Shown piece by piece: positions 46,190-59,485 of a stretch of 64,000 nt of DNA. This DNA is from Sphaerodactylus townsendi. Its lineage: Eukaryota. The translations under genes were made by a program, and so were the position numbers. The stretch lies in the NCBI RefSeq assembly GCF_021028975.2, contig NC_059438.1, positions 35,960,001 to 36,024,000 on the forward strand, given 5' to 3'. Under the pieces are notes generated by a model that was not told where the DNA came from, did no database searches, and was given only the letters and a program-made list of their open reading frames with translations. How positions within the stretch are numbered: position 1 is the first letter of the stretch; each line of letters opens with the position of its first letter.

Positions 46190-48692
46190 TAACATTTAAC
46201 AACTTTGCAAGACACTCTGAGGACAAAGTCACTTAGATCCGCAGGGAATTGGATGCCACGATTGAGAATGGCCCAGAGGAGACATCCAGAGAATCGTTGG
46301 GTCCAGTTATTTTGGATCAGTTTCGATTAATGAGCCTTGATGATGTGGACAAGTTGCTTGCTGGGGTCTGGCAAACAACGTGCCTTTTAGATCCTTGCCC
46401 CTCTTGGCTTATAAAAGCTAACTGCCCGGGTATGACTGACTGGATACAGGGGGTAGTGAATACTTCCTTGAAAGAGGTGGTGGTTCCGCTGGCTCTCAAG
46501 GAGGTGGTGCGCCCTCTTCTTAAGAGAACTTCTTCAGACCCTGAAGATCTAAACAACTGTTGCCCGGTGGCCAATATACTTTTTAAAGGCAAGATATTAG
46601 AGGGCTGCGGCTGCTCAATTGCAACCATGCTCAAAAGAAGCTGATTATCTAGACCCGTGGTGGTGAACCTTTGGCACTCCAGATGTTATGGACTACAATT
46701 CCCATCAGCCCCTGCCAGCATGACCCATTTCAATCTGGATTCAGGCCTGGTCATGGAACTGAAACTACCTTGGTCACCCTCTTCCGGGAAAGGGATAGTG
46801 ATAATGCGACCCTCCTTGATCTCTCAGCAGCTATTGGTACTATTGACCACAGTATCCTCCTGGAAAGGCAATGGAGCTTGGGAGCTGAGGGTACTGCTTT
46901 GCAATGGCCCCAATCCTACCTCCAGTGCCGGCACCGGAGAGTAGTCATGGGAGACTCTTGCTCAACATCATGAGTACTTTCTTGTTGGGTCCCTCAAAGA
47001 TCAATCTGTCTCCCACACTTTTTAACATTTATATTAGGCTGCTGGGGGAGGTTATCAGGAGAACTGAAGTAAGATGCCATCCATATGCTGATGACGCTCA
47101 GTTCCATGTGGGGGGAATTCAAATAATTTAACAACTGGTTGTTTACAAGCACCATTTTAACAACCGGTTCTGCCAAAGCGGTGCGAACCTGCTGAATCCC
47201 ACCACCGGCTCTATCTCTCCGTGCCGTCTGAATCAGGAGCAGCGGCTGACGTTCTTGATGGGTGCTCAGAGGCAGTAATGGGCTGGATGAGGGCCAATAA
47301 ATTGAGGCTGAATCTTGACAAGACAGACGTGTTGTGTATCAGTGGGTCTCATGTCTATGAAGTGGGGAGACATTCTGTCCTTGATGGGGCAGTATTACCG
47401 TGGAAGGTATGAAATTTGGGGGTGCTCCTACACTGTTATGACATTTGAAGCTCAGGTGAACTTTATGCCTATTAAAGGTTAATAAAGAAATAAAGATAAA
47501 GCTCAGGTGAAGACAGTGGCAAGGCGTACCTATTCCCAGTTCTGGCTGGGTTGCCAACTACAGGCTTTTCTGGACAAAGATGATCTGGCTACAATATTCC
47601 ATGCTCTGGTAACCTCTAGATTGGACTATTATCACGCACTTTACGTGGGGCTGCCCTTGAAGACAGTTTGGAAGCTGCAGGTAGGGGCAACAAGACTGCC
47701 AATGGGTGCGACTGGTCAGATGCACATCACACCCACGCTTAAAAGAACTGTATTGGCTGGCCAATTCATTTCCAAGCCCAATTCAAGGGCCCCTTCCGCA
47801 CACGCAAAATAATGCGTTTTCAAACCACTTTCACAACTGTTTGCAAGTGGATTTTGCTATTCCGCACAGCTTCAAAGAGCACTGAAAGCAGTTTGAAAGT
47901 GCATTATTCTGCATGTGCGGAATGAGCCTAGGTGTAATCTTTGATTTATAAATCCCTAAACAGCTTGAGCTGTATCTAAAGCAGTGGTGGCGAACCTTTG
48001 GCACTCCAGATGTTATGGACTACAATTCCCATCAGCCCCTGCCAGCATGGCCAATTGGTGGTAGTTGTTGGCCATGCTGGCAGGGGCTGATGGGAATTGT
48101 AGTCAATTGCCAATTGGTCATGCTGGCAGGGGCTGATGGGAATTGTCATCCATAACATCTGGAATGCCAAAGGTTCACCACCACGGATCTAAAGGAACAT
48201 CTTCTCCCATCTCGACCTGCTCGACCTGTCCGAAGATCAGCAGATGAAGCCCTTCTGGTGGTTCCACCCCCTTCAGTGGTAAGAAAAGGTGGAGACTCGA
48301 GATAGAGCTTTTTCACTAGTGGCCCCAAGACTGTGGAACGATCTACCCCAGAGGGGCATCAAACTTCTTCTTTATACGCATTTAGAAAATTAGTAAAGAT
48401 GCACCTATTTTCTCTGACCTTTAGCTCAAGAGACAGTTTCCTTCTGGTAATATGAATTTTTAAATAGGTTTTATGACATTTAAAAATATATTTTTAATGA
48501 ATCTTGATAAGTTTTATGAATTTTGATAGGTTTTAATAGGTTTTACGGATGTTAAATAAGTTTCAGCATTACCGATTGTAATTGTTTTTAGATTTATCGA
48601 TATTTTATGAGTTTTGTCCTATGTTGGAATCCGCCCTGAGACCTTTGGGTATAAGGTGGACTAAAAATACATACATGAAAATAGATAAATAA
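46190..48692 (+). mobile_element. 5'-truncated, decayed L2-clade LINE (reverse transcriptase) with four nested MITEs (46655-46722, about 47105-47207, 47788-47928, 47982-48186)
   Basis: TTCLLDPCPSWL, RPLLK, DPFQSGFRPGHGTET, LLDLSAA-TIDH, LSPTLFNIY, YADDAQ, WMRANKLRLNLDKT, ALVTSRLDY; A-rich 3' end near 48690. The MITE at 47982-48186 has TSD atctaaag. Confidence 0.88.
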
Positions 48693-49279
48693 TTTAGTTT
48701 GACTCTGGGGAAAGGGATGGATGGTATGGGTGGAATCCCATATATGTGAGAGGACCCAACCTGGCGGCTAGTTAATAAAAGTCCGTTTGTTCCCGAAAAC
48801 TTTGTAGAAAAGTGTAACTATTCTCTGAAGTCATAACCCATTTACATTTTTGTTCCTCCACCAGATTTCTACTTTGCCTACATGGATACCGGTGTTGCTG
48901 GTTTGTTCCTTTAAAACCAACCTGTAAATAAATACATCTTCTGAGTTGTCCTTATATTAATCTGGTCTCAGTGATTTCACGAAACTCCTTGTACACCACA
49001 AATACATACCTCACCAGCAAACCCAAAGCCTATACCCTCACTACCTGTAGAACGTCATGGAACTGAGGGGAAAGTTTGTAGTTCAAAACAAACCTAGATC
49101 CCAAAAATTGTATGAGGCTGCGTGCATCCCGTCAGTAGGGGAAAAAGGCTTGCCAGAGAACACCTTTGGCCATTGAACACCATCAACCAAGCCAATAGCT
49201 GCTTGGCGGAGGGGGTGGGTGGGTTATCACTTCTCAGTGCAATTTTTATGCCCAGAGTAGAAAAAACAAAGCTGGAGAT

Positions 49280-50002
49280 GTATTGTTGAAGGCTTTCTAG
49301 GCCGGAATAACTAGGGTTTTGTGTGGTTTCCGGGCTGTATGGCCATGTTCTATCTCAGTGGTGGCGAACCTATGGCACGGGTGCCAGAGGTGGCACTCAG
49401 AGCCCTCTCTATGGGCACTCACAGAGTGTCTCCCCCACACACACATCTAGGCTGACCTGGGCCGCTGGGCTCGATTATTAGCATTAAACCTAAGACCTAG
49501 TTGTGGGAAAGCAGTGTAGGTAACCCTGTTAAGCACTGCTAGAACCCCACTGATTTTCATGCCACCAAAAGGAACTAAAAGCGAGCTAGGGAAGTAACTT
49601 TCGGTTTAGCTGGCAATGGGGCTTGCTTCTGAGTAAAGCCCTCCTAGTGCATTGTTGACTCACTACCGTGGGAGGAAGGAGTTGCACGGTTGCTTCAAAG
49701 CTCAAAGCCACTGACTACCACTACCAAGCTTACTCCTGAGTAACTTGCATGCCTTGGACCCAACCCGTTTTCTAAACTAAAACCTCCAGTATTATTCAAG
49801 GATTCAAAATTGCTGGTAAATGGGCACTGCGATGATAAATAAAGGGGTTCAAGATCCTCTGAAGGTGTACAGATGCAGAATTGAGAGCACTCGGAAAGGT
49901 TAACCATCACTGAACTAGTAAGCCAGCCACAGATGCAGGTGAAACATCAGGAGAAAATGCTACTAGAACACGGTCGTACAGCCCGATAACCACACAACAC
50001 CC
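49280..50002. mobile_element. Penelope-derived palindromic element with a nested hAT element (49356-49912)
   Basis: 13-bp TSD caaagctggagat at 49267-49279 and 50003-50015. Confidence 0.75.
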
Positions 50003-50310
50003 CAAAGCTGGAGATAAGGTAATGCTTGGATCCAAGACAGAGTTGCCAGCTCTAGGTGGGGAAATACCTAGAGATTTGGGGCACGGTGCCTAGAAATGAC
50101 AACTCTCCAATGCAGCCGTTTTCTCCAGGGGAATTGATCCCTGTTGTCTGGGAGATAAACTGTAAAAACAGGATATCTCCAGCTGCCGCCGGGAGGTTGG
50201 CAACCTCAATGCAAGGTGGGACTGTCCCCAAATTACCCACAATGCATATCAGCCAAACTAGCCAGCACTAAAAGTTTGATGTTGCAGATCAGCCATTAAT
50301 AAATCTAGCT

Positions 50311-50502
50311 CAGTGGTTCCCAAACTTATTTGGCCTACCGCCCCCTTTCCAGAAAAAATATTACTTAGCGCCCCCTGGAAATTTATTTTTTTTAAATTTT
50401 AATAGCAATATGTATTAATGTTTCTACCTGTGGCCATCACCGCCCCCCTGGATCACGGCAGCACCCACCAGGGGGCGGTGGCGCCCACTTTGGGAATCAC
50501 TG
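50311..50502. mobile_element. 192-bp hAT MITE containing CTCF-consensus motifs
   Basis: TIRs cagtggttcccaaa/tttgggaatcactg; TSD atctagct at 50303-50310 and 50503-50510; CCACCAGGGGGCG at 50465-50477 on the plus strand. Confidence 0.88.
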
Positions 50503-50717
50503 ATCTAGCTGAACCCAAAGGCTTGGCATCTTATTCAATTTATGCTGAAGGTAGAAATGCTTTGAACTGTTTAGAACCCATTCTTACACTTCTGTGACAA
50601 ATGTCACTTTACTGAGCACCCTTAGACCAGTCACTCTGGCTTTTAATCGTTTTCAGTTCTACCTGCATTGACAAGTAAGGTGGACACCAAAACATTTAAC
50701 TAAACAAATTGTATAGT

Positions 50718-50812
50718 TGTGTGTGTGTATGTATACATGTGTATACATACATACATGTATATACATACATGTGTATATATAATGGAGATATGAGAGAGAG
50801 AGACAGAGAGAA
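50718..50812. repeat. Compound (TG)n/(TATACA)/(GA)n microsatellite
   Basis: Directly visible. Confidence 0.8.
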
Positions 50813-51562
50813 TGTAACAGTACACAACAACAAGGATATGGTTATGATCCAGAAGAAATTAAATATTTTCACATCCTGCAGATTTTGATAAAGATCCATG
50901 AAAATCTCCCACTGAAATCAAAGGGTATTAACCACGCCATGTGAATGTGCACTACACTATACAAGACACTGACATATCAAACCAACTCATGTGCTGATTT
51001 TGTTAACCAGCGAAATATTGTGAAATTGTTTGCAAAATCTATTGTTCAGATAGAATTTTGTGCGAAATAGGCCTGTAGTATAACATCTCACCAGCAGAGG
51101 GCAGACATAGCCCAACCAATCTATCACAACCAGTTGATCACTTCCTAACAGAAAGGATGCCCTAGGAATCCTGAACAACAGAAACAAATATAGTTAAATG
51201 CTTTCTTGGGCTCAAGGTTCAAGCTTTCCAGTTACCCCTTTCTGGAACCAACCACACCACTTTCTGGAACTCAAATGTGCATACTTTTTAGATGCAGACA
51301 ATGCATATCGGTAGTATATTTCTCTGCCCAGAACACTGGCTTGCATTTAAATCAGTACCAAGCTTCAAAAAGTGACACAGTATATTAGTAGTGTTAACAT
51401 GCAGATACAGTGTCGGCACTGCTACTTCCTTGTCCTTCATTCTAAGCAAGAATAATAGAACAGATAAACATGACTGTGATTTGTGCAGTCTGGACTCTCT
51501 GGATTGAAATGCACAGGGAAAGTTATGCAGGCTTTCTAGAGATATCCCTGGATGTTTCTCAC

Positions 51563-54001
51563 CTGTATGCTGGTACTAGAGCTGAGGTTTTCTCCCTGAG
51601 ACTCAGATTCATTCCCGATTCCAGAATCATCCGTTGTAATAAGACTGTCTGTGATAGCCCCTGAGTTTGGTTTCGGAAGAGCAAATTCCTTCTGCCCTGA
51701 GGCCAGGCATACTTCATAGGAACAAGGCAGCGGCAAAGTCCCTTGGCTGTAATTGCAGGAAAATTTGTGGCCCAAACTAGCATACAGTTCTGGATTGTAG
51801 GACCCAAGCGCAGCTGGGCTTCTTTGTCTTCGGCACTTTAGAATCAAAACCGTCAGCGCCGTGAAAAAAAATATGAACGAGACAAAAACTATGGCGATCA
51901 CCAAAATGGTGTTCATATCGTACTGAGATGCCGAGTCAGTGGGCAGTTTGCTCATTTCCGGAAGCGCCTCTTGAAAGTTCTCAGCAAACACCAAGTTCAA
52001 GGTAACAGTGACGGAAAGCGCAGGACTTCCGCTATCCTTCACTAAAATCGTGAGCTTCTGCTTCACAGAATCTGTTTCCACAAAGGCCCGTGATATCCTG
52101 ACCTCACCGGTGTGCAGCCCAATGGAGAAGAGAGCAGGATCAGTAGCCTGAACCTGGTGATAGGAAATCCAAGCGTTGTGTCCGGAGTCTGCATCTACAG
52201 CCACCACTTTGGTTGCCAAATAGCCTGACTCGGCAGACCGGGGCACCATTTCAAATAAAGCTGAGTCGTCGTCTCTCGGCCGTGGGTACAGGATCCGAGG
52301 GCTATTATCGTTCTGATCCAGAACAAAGACCCACACTGTGACGTTGCTGCTGAGAGAGGGGGACCCTCCGTCTTGGGCCTTTACTTGAATCCGGAACTCA
52401 CGGAATTGCTCGTAGTCGAAGGAACGTTGGGCGTAGAGGGTGCCAGTCTCGGAGTTAATGGACAAGTAAGAGGAGAGAGGCAGATCCTCAATATTGCTGG
52501 TGAGGATGGAGTAAGTGATTTTTGAGTTGAGGTCCAGATCTGGGTCTGAGGCTTTGACTGTGTAAATGGAGGCCCCCGAAGGGTTGTTTTCTGGCACAAA
52601 GAGATTATAGGAAGACTCTTCAAAGACAGGGGAGTTGTCGTTGATGTCTGAAATCTGCAGTGTGATAGTTCTGTATGTGGTAAGGGGAGGGGTGCCTTTG
52701 TCAGTGGCCGTGATTGTGAGGTTGTATTGTGGGCTCTTCTCCCTGTCTAGGGCGCCCTCTGTGAGGAGCTTGTAGTAATTGTTATTTGATGACAACACCT
52801 TGAAAGGAGTATTTCCTTGAATGGAACAGTCAGTCTTCCCATTATCTCCTTCGTCTCTGTCCTCCACTTTGATCAAAGCAATCACGGTGCCTGGCAGAGA
52901 GTCTTCAGAAATTGGGTTAAAGATGGACATGAGCTCAACCTCTGGTGGATTGTCGTTTTCGTCGAGAACCACCACCTCCACCTTGCTATGGGTCAGCAGT
53001 CCACCGCCATCCTTGGCTTCCACTAACATCATGTAGCTTGTCGACTCTTCAAAGTCCAAAGTTTCCTTAAGTGCAATTACCCCGCTTTCTGGATCCAGGC
53101 TAAATTTCTGTCTGGCTTTAGCTGGGATGTTGCTGAAACTGTAACTTATTTGGGCATTGGAACCGTCATCTCTGTCAGAGGCTTTCACCTGGATTACTGA
53201 AAAACCTTTTGGGGCGCTCTCCTTTATGCTGGCTTTATAGATTTCTTGAGTGAAGATTGGTGGATTATCATTAACATCAGTGACATTGATCCATATATGG
53301 GCTGTCCCACTTTTGGGTGGCTCTCCCCCATCTAGGCCCGTAAGGATCAAGTGGAGATTATGTTCACTTTCCCAATCCAGTGGTTTGCTCTGCACTAATA
53401 GTGCATATTTATTTCCATCTGGGCTTCCTTTAACATCCAAGGTAAAGTACTGGTTAGGACTCAGCTGGTAATTCTGGAGAGCATTTATCCCCACATCAGA
53501 ATCCTCAGCATTTCCAAGAGCAAAGATGGATCCAGGCAAGCTGGATTCGCTTATTTCCAGCTTAATGTCGTCTTTTAAAAACCAGGGCGCATTGTCATTA
53601 ATGTCCTCTATGGTGACACTGACATGGAAGACGTTCAAAGGGTTTTCAACCACAATTTCAAAGTTGAGGACGCAACGTGGGAGCTTCCCGCAAATTCCCT
53701 CCCGATCGATTCGGTCCCTGACATAGAAGTCTCCACGTTCCCCATTCACTGTAAAGAACTGGGCATTAGCCGGAGAGAGGATGCGGAGCTTTCTATTCAC
53801 CAGGTCTTTCTTGTTCAGACCCAAATCCTTGGCCAGATTCCCCACCAGGGAGCCCTTCTCCATTTCCTCGGGAATCGAATAATAAGCCTCTTCAGACAAT
53901 GCCCGGCAGCACAAAGACACTAACAAGAGAAGCTGTACTTGCCGCTCGCTGCTCCAACTCCCACGGATTCCCATCCATTTCCTCAGCTGCCTCGTTTGCA
54001 T
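51563..54001 (-). CDS. Protocadherin-gamma B-like alternate variable exon (813 codons); last intact non-C exon before the spacer
   Basis: Track start at 54097 is TTG; first ATG is 54001 (alternative 53974). [45 protein letters not shown] and NYSQGTLP are gammaB-type motifs. Donor CAG|GTGAG at 51563/51562. Confidence 0.92.
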
Positions 54002-54240
54002 CTTTTCTTCTCTTCTCTTCTGGCTGCCGTTGTCAAGTTTATTCCAAGCTGTAGAAATGGCTGTCAGAAAGAGGCCTGAATCCCTGAAGTTGCCCAAATG
54101 GGAAGGATTCTTCCTTGGGGAGGAGGCTGTGTTGCCCCTTGGCTCAGTCTTCTCCCAGGTTTGCAGAGCGTTAATTCACAATTCGTTGCACAAACAGAAA
54201 AGTGGCTGGAAGTGACTTTACTTCCATCCTGTGCCGGCTC

Positions 54241-54281
54241 TGGCCAACAGCGGCACTTAGAGTCTCAACTGGAAAACTGCA
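54241..54281 (-). promoter_or_regulatory. CSE (CTCF site) of the gammaB-like exon
   Basis: Minus strand TGCAGTTTTCCAGTTGAGACTCTAAGTGCCGCTGTTGGCCA, about 240-280 bp upstream of the ATG. Confidence 0.88.
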
Positions 54282-55245
54282 AGAGCGTCGACTGGATGAA
54301 ACAGCGCCAGCGGCTTGGCTAAGAAGAACTCCTCTCAGGAGGAGTGTTGATTTTTGCATTTATTGTGTGTACGTTTCATTTCTGGCCTTTGTCAATAAAG
54401 ACAATATTTACAGAAATAAGCAGGCACGATGATTTAGGGAATGCTCTCAAATGCCACTGAAGTCAAACTAATTACTGGCTACGAACAAAGACCCTGAGGT
54501 ATGTTTGAAGTATACAGCTCTAGAAGGTTTCTTTTGGAGCAATTCCTGCAGGAGAAACCTGCAACTGCTTGGGAGCTTTGGCACAAAAGAGGATGGGAGG
54601 GAAAGTCACAGATCAAACCGTGCCTGCCACCTCTTAAAAGAGACAGTTTCTCAGCTCTTGTGTCAACTGCCCAGACATTTTTTCAAAGAGGGGGGAGCGG
54701 CTATGTGTGTGCTGGGGGGTGTCATGAAGAGCTGCTAACCATAAGTGTGAGGGGCACGTGCATGTTTTCACTTGGGAATCTAGAAGTCACATGACTTGCC
54801 TTGGATTCCACGCAAGAGCCTCTTCTCGCAACAGATGTTAGACTTGCACACCCACTTCCGAAGGAGTTGGAGAGGAGGCAGCATAAAAATGAAATAGCCA
54901 CAGACAGTTAATCATACCTAGTGTGAAAAGAACAATGGAATGATACTTGGGTACTCCTGGCCAGCAAAAAGTGTCACCAAAACAGAACTGTCTTGCAGTG
55001 TCTCCAGGAAACAGTTCAGGCTTGGAATTTGGAAACCCTCATTTAGCTGGAAGAATTGCTTCAGACTCAGCACTTGTGGAGGGGTGATGGTGTCAGGTGG
55101 AGGACATGACAGAGTTCTGTTAGATAATTTCTCGAGCAGGTTTTCCCCCCTCAGTTTATCCCAGCGAACCAGCTTCAGATTAAGACAGTATATTTTAGAT
55201 GCTTCAAATGTGCAGCATCTACCAATTTGTCAAATTATTCACTAG

Positions 55246-55386
55246 GGCCCCTTCCGCACATACTGAATAATGCATTTTAAATCCACTTTCAATGCACTTT
55301 GCAGCTGTGTGGAATAGCAAAATCCACTTGCAAACAATTGTGAAAGTGGATTGAAAGTGTATTATTCTGCATGTGTGGAAGGGGCC
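55246..55386. mobile_element. Harbinger-like 141-bp MITE
   Basis: ggccccttccgcaca...tgtgtggaaggggcc; flanks tag/tat. Confidence 0.85.
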
Positions 55387-55632
55387 TATGGCCTCAGTCT
55401 AACTGTGAGTATGCACAACAGAGAAAACTGTTCGCATGTAGCCTGATCAGAACATTTGCCATCGTGCCATTAGCAAGGACCAAATCTTGTTTCCCTTTCC
55501 CAACTGACCTGATAGCAGAGCTGTACCAAGGAGAAATACTGTATTACCCATCTGTCCACATGATCCCTTAACCCACTAGGGATATGTAAACAGAAGCCTG
55601 CTTCACTATGCTTCCTCATGGAAACTTTTAAT

Positions 55633-55965
55633 AGAAGAAGAAGAGTTTGGATTTATACCCCACCTCTCTCTCTCTCTCCCCAAGGATGGAGGACGGGTCA
55701 AGGTGGCTTACAAGCTCCCTTGCCTCTCTCCCACAACATATACATCTGTAGAGATAGGTGGGGCTAGAGGAAGAATTCAAAAGAACTGTGACTAGCTCCA
55801 GGACAAGGTCACCAGCAGGGAATGTAGAAGTGCAGAATCACATCTGGTTCACCTCAGATATGAAGCCCTCTGCCACTCCAGGTGGAGGAATGGAGAGAAC
55901 TCAAACCTCGGGGTTCTCCAGGATTAGAGAATCCATCTGCTCTTAATCACTACACCACGCTGGCT
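55633..55965 (-). mobile_element. Squam3-like SINE (noisy copy)
   Basis: agaagaagaagagtttggatttata...cactacaccacgctggctct. Confidence 0.7.
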
Positions 55966-56522
55966 CTCAGGAAGGGGCCACAGATCAGAAGAACTCATGG
56001 CTGGGAGTCAAAAGATCATATTTGTGGTTCCCACCAGCTCCAGTTAAAAAGGACTTTGGGTGGCAAAACTTGAAGAAGTGTTTCTTACTAGTAGAATAAT
56101 ACCTTCAAAAAGTTGACCTATAGCCTTAAAACCATACATAACATAAATCTGAAAATAGAAAGCTAATTTCAGCTATGCATATTTTATGTGTCTCATGATA
56201 AACTATAAAAAGAGTTCTCCAAATGCCACTAAATAAGTATCAAAGAGCTGTTTTCTCTCAAAACAATTGCCTCACTTGCATTTACTAACAATTTTGCAAC
56301 CATCTCCTCACCTGAACAGAAGATTGCTTCTATACTTAAATCTTCACCAGATTGTATGAGATATTTCCTTGCACATGGTTGCTGAGTGGATGGGAGTACT
56401 GGAAGAGTTTCTTCTTCAGAAGATGGAATTTCTCTTTTTAGTGGTGAGAGAAATTTATTGACACGAAAAGTGAAAAAATGCTTGGGCTCCATTGATCCCC
56501 ATAAATTATGAGGCAGGAAAAG

Positions 56523-57079
56523 CAGAAGATGAGTTTGTTTTTATACCACTTTTTCTCTATCTTAAGGAGTCTCAGAGCTGCTTACAGTTGCCTTCACTTC
56601 CCCTCCCCACAACAGACACCTTGTGAGGTAGCTGGTGGAGGGAGAGTCCAGAGAGAACTGTGACTAGTCCAAGATCACCCAGCAGGCTTCATGTGTAGGA
56701 GTGGGGAAACAAACTTGGTTCTCCAGATTAGAGTCTGCTGCTCATGTGGAAGAGTGGGGAAGAAGAGCTTGACTTTTTTAAAATTTCTCCCCCTTTTTCT
56801 CCTGCAGGAGACTCAGAATGTGCTATGACAATCTCCTTGCCCTTCCCTCAACAAACACCCTGTGAGGTGGTGTGGGCATGAGAGAGCTCCGAGAAGCTGT
56901 GACTAGGCCCAAGGTCACTCCAGCTGGCGTGTGTGGGAGTGCACAGGCTAATCTGCTAATTACCCAGATAAGCTTTCCACAGCTCAGGCGGCAGACCCTG
57001 CCGAGTAGAAGTTCAAACCCCGTTCCTCCAGCCAGTTTCTGTTTCCCCATGTCTTAACCTCCTACGCCACTGCTGCTCC
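56523..57079 (-). mobile_element. Two adjacent Squam3-like SINEs (56523-56760 older, 56761-57079 younger)
   Basis: Two tail-to-head units; the second ends cctacgccactgctgctcc. Confidence 0.75.
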
Positions 57080-57617
57080 TGGTGAATCAAATCTTGTTCT
57101 CCCAATTTCTCTTCTTCTAGAAGAAGAATGTGCTATCGAGACACAACCAACATATGGTGGGCACCCGTAAACATGTGTAGACATTGTACAAGGTCCAAGA
57201 AAGTGAGAACATGTGTGAATTTCTGGTGGGAGAGGTTTAGCCAGTACACTTTCCTCTGCGTAGCAACACCTCTCTTTCTTGGTGGTCTCCCATAGTTGAC
57301 TCAGTTTAGCACCCAAGTTCTGACAAGTTTTTACTAATCTGGGCTACTGAAGCTGTTTGGAAGGTAGACATACAGCTGAAATTCTTATTCCCAGAGTCAT
57401 AAACTGAGAATTTCTCCACCTGGGGAAGAGGCAAGGGTTTGTATTTATATCAAAATTCTGAGATGTTCATAGCATTGTGGCTGTGACAGAGATGTTGCAG
57501 GTAATCACAGGCTTCCTGTCAATCTCTCTGTCCAGCATCAAACTGATTGTAAGATTTCCTTAATTTAAAAAAAAAGGTGGCTAGAGCATGCAGTTTCCTC
57601 ATTGCTCCCTGAATCTT

Positions 57618-58240
57618 AAGAACATAAGAACTAGCCTGCTGGATCAGACCAGAGTCCATCTAGTCCAGCACTCTGCTACTCGCAGTGACCCACCAGGTGC
57701 CTTTGGGAGCTCACGTGCAGGATGTGAAAGCAATGGCCTTCTTCTGCTGCTGCTCCCGAGCACCTGGTCTGCTAAGGCATTTGCAATCTGAGATCAAGGA
57801 GGGTCAAGATTGGTAGCCATAGATCGACTTCTCCTCCAAAAATCTGTCCAAGCCCTTTTTAAAGCTATCCAGGTTAGTGGCCATCACCACCTCCTGTGGC
57901 AGCATATTCTAAACAACTAAATGACACGCTATGAAGAAGTGCGTTTCCTTTTATTAGTCCTAATTCTTCCCCCCAGCATTTTCAATGAATGCCCCCTGGT
58001 TCTAGTATTGTGAGAAAGAGAGAAAAATTTCTCTCTGTCAACATTTTCTACCCCATGCATAATTTTATAGACTTCAATCATATCCCCCCTCAGACGTCTC
58101 CTCTCCAAACTAAAGAGTCCCAAACGCTGCAGCCTCTCCTCATAGGGAAGGTGCTCCAATCCTTCAATCATCCTCGTTGCCCTTCTCTGCACTTTTTCTA
58201 TCTCTTTGATATCCTTTTTGAGATGTGGCGACCAGAACCA
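57618..58240 (-). mobile_element. 5'-truncated CR1 LINE inserted in EC4 of the pseudogene
   Basis: QRRATRMIEGLEHLPYEERLQRLGLFSLERRRLRGDMIEVYKIMHG; direct repeat gaatctt at 57611-57617 and 58241-58247. Confidence 0.93.
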
Positions 58241-58779
58241 GAATCTTGATTTTTCACATTGAAAAGGGCTACCGTTGTTCCCTCTGGAGAGTGTTCGGGC
58301 AGTGATGCAAAATGAGAATGCATTTCTAATTTGGGAATGCGGTCAGCCAAGTCAGTAAGAATTGACACCTCTGCCATCTTGTGCTTGGACCTGAATTTCA
58401 CACTGTGCAAACTTCTCATAGTTCAAGCTTCCTCGAAGTTATTTCTCCTGTGGCTGAATCCAAATGAACTATTTGGGGTGCTTCCTCTGTTATCTTTCTT
58501 AATGAATATATCACTTAGTTGTCGATTCCTCCATCCAGGTCAGTGGCTTTTACTGTAATCACTGGGGAACCAATGGGAACATTTCCCATCATGCAGCATT
58601 GGCTGCTACTTTCACAACCAGAGAGAAAATGACTATTACTGCTGAACTTGTTGTCCTGGAGAGAATTCGTTCCCAAATCAAGACCTTGCGCCTCACTCAT
58701 GGTGAACTGGGATCCTATTGCGTTGACCTCACTGTTTTAGCTACAATTTCCATTTCTACTCCATACATTTTCATCAGTT

Positions 58780-58957
58780 CTAAGAACATAAGAACATAAG
58801 AACCAGCCTGCTGGATCAGACCAGAGTCCATCTAGTCCAGCACTCTGCTACTCGCAGTGGCCCACCAGGTGCCTATGGGAGCTCACATGCAGGATGTGAA
58901 AGCAATGGCCTTCTGCTGCTGCTGCTCCTGAGCACCTGGTCTGCTAAGGCATTTGCA
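58780..58957 (-). mobile_element. CR1 3' UTR fragment inserted in EC1 of the pseudogene
   Basis: taagaacataagaacataagaac tail; cagtt at both junctions. Confidence 0.85.
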
Positions 58958-59024
58958 GTTTTCCATCTGTAATGTCAGCATTCAACTTGCATTTTTCCAT
59001 TTTTTAAAATATATCTCTTCTTCA

Positions 59025-59485
59025 GCATTTTCCGAACAGACCAAATATCCAGAGGAAAATCAGGATCATACATACTGGGATGTTTCGATCTCGGTTTCTC
59101 CCTCCTCACGGCAGCCTGTCAGCGTGTTCAGGCCAGGAAGAAGAACTCCAGATGATTATGCATGGTCCCCGGTTAACTTTCATTTTCCTCGCCAACTTTG
59201 CCTCGTATGCGTGAACCATTCCATCCGACGTTCTGATTGGCTGCAGGCGGCGAGGTGGGCAAAATAAACAGGTCCGTCTCTCATGGTGTTAGCATGGGAG
59301 CAGGAGCGGCACATTTTCCCCAAAGAACCTGCCAATTTATGGAGTTTTTTAAAGAAAGTTTTCATAGTGGATAAGGAAAATCTACTATGGAGACGGCCCG
59401 AAGTTAGACTCTCGAAGCCATCGCGGAAATCAAGGCCGAACTGGGATGTTTCACCTTATCCCAGGATACATGATCTGTGCGGAAA
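59025..59485. mobile_element. Harbinger-like non-autonomous element inside the pseudogene, abutting the gap
   Basis: Ends tttccgaacagacc and gatctgtgcggaaa are imperfect inverted repeats related to the ttccgcaca TIR. Confidence 0.55.

Noticed and set aside
45215-48990. Possible solo LTR surrounding the SINE and L2 insertions
   Set aside because: Could not define TG...CA ends or a TSD by eye.
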